DNA of 64,000 bases from an uncultured delta proteobacterium (GTDB lineage: Bacteria > Myxococcota_A > Polyangia > Polyangiales > Polyangiaceae). How positions within the stretch are numbered: position 1 is the stretch's first letter; each line of letters begins with the position of its first letter. A program made the position numbers and the translations under genes. Location of the stretch: the NCBI GenBank assembly GCA_963696385.1, contig CAVOKF010000005.1:96001-160000 (forward strand). Reading direction: 5' to 3'. Below, piece after piece: positions 58,981 to 64,000 of this stretch. Below the pieces are notes generated by a model, which worked only from the letters and a program-made list of their open reading frames with translations, ran no database searches and was not told where the DNA came from.

Positions 58981-61120
58981 ATGCAGTCTCCGTTCCGGTT
59001 GACCACGACATTCGAGCCGAAAGGCGATCAGCCGCAGGCCATCGAACACCTTCTGCGCGGGCTCGAACGAAACGAGCGCGATCAAGTCCTGCTTGGGATC
59101 ACCGGCTCAGGCAAGACGTTCACGATCGCCAACGTCATCCGTCGCTTCGGAAGACCTACGCTCATCCTTGCACCCAACAAGACCCTTGCCGCTCAGCTCT
59201 ATGGCGAGATGCGCGAGCTTTTTCCAGAGAATGCCGTCGAGTATTTCGTAAGCTATTACGATTATTATCAGCCAGAGGCTTACATACCTTCAACCGATAC
59301 GTTCATCGACAAGGACTCAATCATCAACGATCAGATCGACCGCATGCGCCATTCGGCGACGGTTGCGCTCCTGTCGAGACGCGACGTCATCATCGTAGCG
59401 AGCGTGAGCTGCATTTACTGGAATCGGAAGTGCCGAGAGCTACCACGGCCTCGTCATGACGCTTGCGGTTGGCGAGGAGCTCCGCCGCGACACGCTCCTC
59501 CGCCAGCTCGTCGACATTCAGTACGAGAGGAACGACGTCGATTTTCACCGCGGCACGTTTCGCGTCCGCGGCGATGTGGTCGAAATATTTCCTACGTACG
59601 AGCACGACACCGCGATTCGCGTCGAGTTCTTCGGTGACGATATCGAGTCCATCAAGGAAGTGGATCCGCTGCGCGGTCGGGTGAAGGGTGTTCTCGAGCG
59701 CTACGCGATCTATCCAGGCTCGCACTACGTCACGCCGCAGACGCAGATGCGCCGCGCGATCGGAAGCATCCGCGAGGAGCTTCGCGATCGGCTCGAGTTT
59801 TTCGATAAGGAGGCGCGCTTTCTAGAGAAACAGCGAATCGAGCAGCGGACGCTATATGACCTTGAAATGATGGAGCAGATGGGGTTCTGCTCGGGAATCG
59901 AGAACTATTCGCGACACCTGTCCGGGCGCAAGGCCGGGGAACCACCACCGACCTTGCTCGATTACTTTCCTCCCGATTTCTTGCTCGTCATCGACGAGTC
60001 GCACCAGACGCTTCCTCAGCTGCAAGGGATGTATCGCGGCGATCGCGCCCGCAAGGAGACGCTTGTCGAGTACGGATTCCGCCTTCCCAGTGCGCTGGAC
60101 AACCGGCCCCTCAAGTTCGAGGAGTTCGACAGACACATTCATCGGATCATCTACGTCTCCGCCACCCCGGGAGAATACGAGATCGAGAAGGTACAGGGCG
60201 TCGTCGTCGAGCAGCTGATTCGCCCGACCGGGCTCATGGATCCTCAAGTCGAGGTGCGTTCCGTGTCGGGCCAGGTCGACGACTTATTGGGCGAGATCAA
60301 GGATCGCGCAGGCAAAGGTGAGCGCGTTCTCGTGACCACGCTCACCAAGCGCATGGCTGAAGATCTAACGGAATACTACCGCGAAATTGGCGTTCGCATT
60401 CGCTATTTGCACTCGGACATCGATACGCTCGAACGAATCGACATTCTGCGAGACTTGCGGCTCGGAGAGTTCGACGTACTCGTTGGGATCAATCTACTTC
60501 GCGAGGGGCTCGACTTACCGGAGGTCTCTCTCGTGGCCATCTTCGATGCCGACAAGGAGGGGTTCTTGAGGAGTTCTCGATCCTTGATTCAGACGATGGG
60601 CCGGGCGGCGCGGAACGTCAACGGGCGGGTCATCATGTACGCAGCGAACGTGACTCCTTCGATGAAAAACGCAATGGAGGAGACCACTCGCCGCCGCGCT
60701 GTTCAGGGCGCCTACAACGAGTCGCACGGGATCGTGCCACAGACGGTTGTGCGCGCCGTGATGAACATCAATCCCGCGTCTGGAACAATTGACTATTTCA
60801 ATGTCCCGAAGATCGACAGGGGCGTTCGACCCACGGCCACGGGCGACGATCCCGCAGGCGAAATTCAAGAGCGGCTCGCTGCCATGCGACTCGAAATGTT
60901 CTCGGCTGCCGAAAATCTCGACTTTGAAAGGGCTGCTCGCATTCGCGACGAGTTGAAGAAATTTCAAGCGGTTGCCGGTAGCGCCGGGTCCGAGAGCGAA
61001 GAGGCGGCCTTCGAACCGTACGCCTCGGGCGGCAAGCCCAAATCAGGGCCGCGCCCGCGCGGGGCAGCGAAGGCGGTCTCGGCGTCGGGCTCGAGGGGAC
61101 GGCGATACAAGGCTCGCTGA
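58981..61120 (+). CDS. uvrB: Excinuclease ABC subunit B, split by a 1-nt insertion
   Basis: [54 protein letters not shown] domain. Removing T59419 restores SCIYGIGS. Confidence 0.95.
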
Positions 61121-61178
61121 AATGAGGTTTCGGGTTGGGCCCGCGTCCGCATTAGATTACGGCGTCCGACGCTAGACG

Positions 61179-62264
61179 CTAGAGCCGTTCGATGTCGCCG
61201 CGAGCCGCGAGCGCGTCGACGACCAGCCGGACGTCCTGAGCACGCTCCCGCGGAATGACGAGCACCGCGTCCTCCGTCTCAACGATGACCAGGTCATTCA
61301 CCCCGACCAGTGCCCACCGCTTGCGCGCTTGTACCCGGGTCAGGTCCCGGACCAAGTTATTCCGAGCATCGATGGCGACGGAATCTTCGGGGAGCGCATT
61401 GCCGTCCGCGTCGTGCTCGGACATCTCCCAGGTAACCTGCCAACTTCCGACGTCGGTCCAGCCGAAACTGCCGCGCACCACGGCGATGCGCTCTGCTTTT
61501 TCCATCACGCCGCGGTCGATCGAGATCGACGGCAGCGTTGGAAACACCTCGGCCAGCACCCGCGCCTCGTCCCCTCGAAGGGCCGCAGCGTCAATCGCCT
61601 CCAGACCTCGCGCGAGCTCCGGTAGGTGCTTGGCGATCGCCGCGCGCATGACGCTCACGCGGAAGAAAAACATTCCAGCATTCCACAAGTGGCGGCCTTG
61701 GGCCACGAACGTTTCGGCGAGCTGCCGCGCCGGCTTTTCGACGAAACGCCTGACCGAATGCGCCTCATGGGTTATGGCATCGCCGATCTCGATGTACCCG
61801 TAGCCGGTCTCCGGACGCGTGGGCACGACCCCGATCGTCACGAGCCAGCCTTCCTCGGCGATCTGGATGGCTCGTGCGAGTACATGACGGAATCCAGGCT
61901 CATCGGCGATGAAGTGGTCCGCGGGAAGCACCGCCACAACGGCATCGGGATCAAACCGACCAATCGTCGCGGCGGCGAGGCCAATGCAGGGAGCCGTGTT
62001 GCGCGCGACCGGCTCTGCAAGGAAGTTGGATCGCGAGAGCTGCGGCAGAGCCGCCGCTGTCGCCTCAACGAGTCGCGCCGCAGTCGAGATCCATGTTCGT
62101 TCGGCCGGCACCAGCGGTTCGATTCGTCGAACCGTGGCCGCGATGAGCGGCTCGTCGGCTCGCCCGGCAAGCGGCAGCAGTTGCTTGGGCAGCTGACGGC
62201 GTGATGCGGGCCAGAAACGCGTTCCGGCACCGCCCGCGAGAATGACGGCATAAACGTTACTCAT
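61179..62264 (-). CDS. manC: Mannose-1-phosphate guanylyltransferase
   Basis: ILAGGAGTRFWP.SR..PKQ, EP..RNTAP, PADH, ETGYGYI, FVEKP, WNAGMF, SID..VMEK, WTDVGSW. Confidence 0.93.
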   Translation of the reverse strand: MSNVYAVILAGGAGTRFWPASRRQLPKQLLPLAGRADEPLIAATVRRIEPLVPAERTWISTAARLVEATAAALPQLSRSNFLAEPVARNTAPCIGLAAATIGRFDPDAVVAVLPADHFIADEPGFRHVLARAIQIAEEGWLVTIGVVPTRPETGYGYIEIGDAITHEAHSVRRFVEKPARQLAETFVAQGRHLWNAGMFFFRVSVMRAAIAKHLPELARGLEAIDAAALRGDEARVLAEVFPTLPSISIDRGVMEKAERIAVVRGSFGWTDVGSWQVTWEMSEHDADGNALPEDSVAIDARNNLVRDLTRVQARKRWALVGVNDLVIVETEDAVLVIPRERAQDVRLVVDALAARGDIERL

Positions 62265-62294
62265 CGAATCGCTCGTATCACGCCTCGGGCCAGC

Positions 62295-63011
62295 ATGGCA
62301 CGATGGCAGGCGGTGGAACCAGACGTTGTTTTCGACCTTGAGCTCGTGCACGGCCGTTGTGTCGGCATCCGCATTCCGGACCTCCCGGATGCCGTCGAAG
62401 CGCTTGCAGAATCGATGCTACCGGCGCTGGAACGTAACGCGCATTCGACCCGCTTTGCCGTGCGACGTCGCGCATGGGTCGGAGGTCGGGTCGCCCTTCG
62501 CCGAACGCTGACTCTGCTCGACATCGAGGCGCCGGCCATCCTCTCCGACGATCGAGGTGCACCGATGTTACCGTCCGGAGTTGCGGCGTCGATCTCGCAT
62601 AAGGACTGGATAGCGGTCGCTCTCGTCGCGCGCGAGACCGAGGCCCGCGTCGGCGTCGACGTTGAGACCGACGTCGAGCCGTCGTCTGCGATCGCATCCC
62701 GCGTGCTCGCAGGCGACGAACTCTGCGAGGTGCAAGCACTCGATTCGACCGTTCGGCTGAGGGAAGTCCTCGTCCGCTTTTCGGCCAAGGAGGCGGTGTA
62801 CAAAGCGCTCGACCCGTTCGTTCGTCGCTATGTAGGCTTCAAGGAGGTCAGCATCTCCCTGCTCCCGACGGGCGATGCAGTCGTGCGATCCCAGCTGCGG
62901 GCGAAAGAAGGGCCCTTCGCCATCGGCGTAACATGGCGTCGCCATGATGGTCTCGTTCTGACCACCGCGCGGGTGGCGCCCGCCCTGCGCGGCGTCGATG
63001 CGAGCGGGTAG
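62295..63011 (+). CDS. 4'-phosphopantetheinyl transferase, EntD/Sfp-like
   Basis: GR..LR, G.P..P.G..ASISH, VGVDVE, FSAKEAVYKA. Confidence 0.88.
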   Translation: MARWQAVEPDVVFDLELVHGRCVGIRIPDLPDAVEALAESMLPALERNAHSTRFAVRRRAWVGGRVALRRTLTLLDIEAPAILSDDRGAPMLPSGVAASISHKDWIAVALVARETEARVGVDVETDVEPSSAIASRVLAGDELCEVQALDSTVRLREVLVRFSAKEAVYKALDPFVRRYVGFKEVSISLLPTGDAVVRSQLRAKEGPFAIGVTWRRHDGLVLTTARVAPALRGVDASG

Positions 63012-63032
63012 CGCGCCCGTAGAGGTCAGCCA

Positions 63033-63710
63033 GTGAACCGACGCTTCGCCTCCGTCGCGATCGCACTGTCCGTCGTCGCGTTCATGGGCCTCGAGACGGC
63101 GGCGATGTTGCTCTACCCCGGCGGCACGTGGTGGGATCCGACCTCGCATGGGTCGAGCATCTCGCAAAATTATCTATGTGACTTCGAACGGCGAGAAGCC
63201 ATTGATGGAGCAGCTAATCCGATCGGATCGTGGCTGGCGGAGGCAGCCATGTTCTCGTTGGTCCTCGGCCTAATGGCGTTCTGGAACGTCATGCCGAGCC
63301 TTATGGGTCGAGGAAAGGCCGGCCCCGTAGTGCGCACGCTTGGACTCGTCTCGCTGTTTGGAGTCGTGGCCGTGATTTTGCTGCCCAGCGATAGATTTGG
63401 CCGTCCGCACGGTGTTGCCGTGATCGTGGCCGGCGGGCCAGGGCTCGTCGCCGTGGCGCTTGCCGTTCGGGGACTTTTCCGTCGCGAGCGGCGGCCGAGG
63501 ATCGCGGCATGGCTCGGCGCGGCGACGCTAGCCATTGCCGGAGTCGATCTTATCGGGTTCGCCATGCATTTGATCGCGGGTGGTTTGGGCACTCCGCTAC
63601 TGCCTGCCTTAGAGAAGGCGGCCCTGACGCAGCTGCTGGCGTGGATGGTGGCTGTTTCGATGCGGATGGCGGGTGGGGTCAACCGAGTCTCGGGTCCATT
63701 CGAGGGCTGA
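63033..63710 (+). CDS. Hypothetical membrane protein (DUF998-like)
   Basis: AMLLYPGG, NYLCD, about six hydrophobic segments. Confidence 0.55.
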   Translation: MNRRFASVAIALSVVAFMGLETAAMLLYPGGTWWDPTSHGSSISQNYLCDFERREAIDGAANPIGSWLAEAAMFSLVLGLMAFWNVMPSLMGRGKAGPVVRTLGLVSLFGVVAVILLPSDRFGRPHGVAVIVAGGPGLVAVALAVRGLFRRERRPRIAAWLGAATLAIAGVDLIGFAMHLIAGGLGTPLLPALEKAALTQLLAWMVAVSMRMAGGVNRVSGPFEG

Positions 63711-63718
63711 CCCCTCGA
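63700..63718. terminator. Hairpin over the stop of the membrane protein gene
   Basis: TCGAGGG-CTGAC-CCCTCGA. Confidence 0.35.
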
Positions 63719-63731
63719 TACGGTGTGCTCC

Positions 63732-63878
63732 TCACGCCCGGCCGTAGTGGCGCTTGTAATGATCGATGAGGCCGTTCGTGGACGGGTCGTGCGTCGCGAC
63801 CGGGCCCAAGGCGGCGAGCTCGGGCTCGATCTTCTTTGCGAACTGTTTGCCGATTCCACGCCCCATTGGTCGAAGCAG
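63732..63878 (-). pseudogene. pgi: Glucose-6-phosphate isomerase 3' remnant
   Basis: CFDQWGVE [1-nt deletion] GKQFAKKIEPEL..HDPSTNGLIDHYK..stop matches the PGI C-terminal signature FDQWGVELGK..HD.ST.GLI; an in-frame stop lies just upstream. Confidence 0.8.
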
Positions 63879-63988
63879 GCTGAGGTCTCTGACGACGTAA
63901 GTCATTGATGTTCAACGAACCAATGGGTGGCCTCATCCTTGCTTTATAGCGATCCATTTCCGTGTTCCGAGATCCGCGGCGTGGAATC
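63852..63988. repeat. Nested inverted repeats
   Basis: GATTCCACGCC (63852-63862) / GGCGTGGAATC (63978-63988); CCCATTGGT (63862-63870) / ACCAATGGG (63919-63927). Confidence 0.6.
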
Positions 63989-64000
63989 CTCGAGGTACAC

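Noticed and set aside
1..64000. CRISPR arrays, tRNA/rRNA, transposases, integrases, reverse transcriptases, phage genes
   Set aside because: None recognised by eye; short or divergent ncRNAs could have been missed without covariance-model searches.

Overview
GC-rich chromosomal window, most likely from a myxobacterium (Polyangiales-like). This is inferred from the Hanks-type kinases, the FHA/PilZ/PP2C signalling proteins and the many lipoproteins. It is mostly core and metabolic DNA: hisD, nadD, rnc, trmL, uppS-cdsA, uvrB, manC, aat, gdh, aguAB, pxpABC, gcdH, fadN/fadA, kdd, and two histidine kinases. I found no rRNA, tRNA, CRISPR array, transposase or integrase. Points of interest: (1) a rearranged PQQ cluster in which pqqBCD converges on pqqE, pqqE sits directly behind an HtrA protease and a triple-repeat membrane protein, and no pqqA or pqqF/G is visible; (2) a Ser/Thr kinase and a PP2C phosphatase that each carry an intact cyclic-nucleotide-binding domain; (3) four decayed gene remnants missed or mis-called by the ORF track (a pterin dehydratase, two putative exported-protein genes, and a pgi 3' end abutting less GC-rich DNA with nested inverted repeats at the right edge); (4) four single-base frameshifts in otherwise intact genes, probably assembly errors. 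All family calls come from motif recognition by eye; no database search was run.
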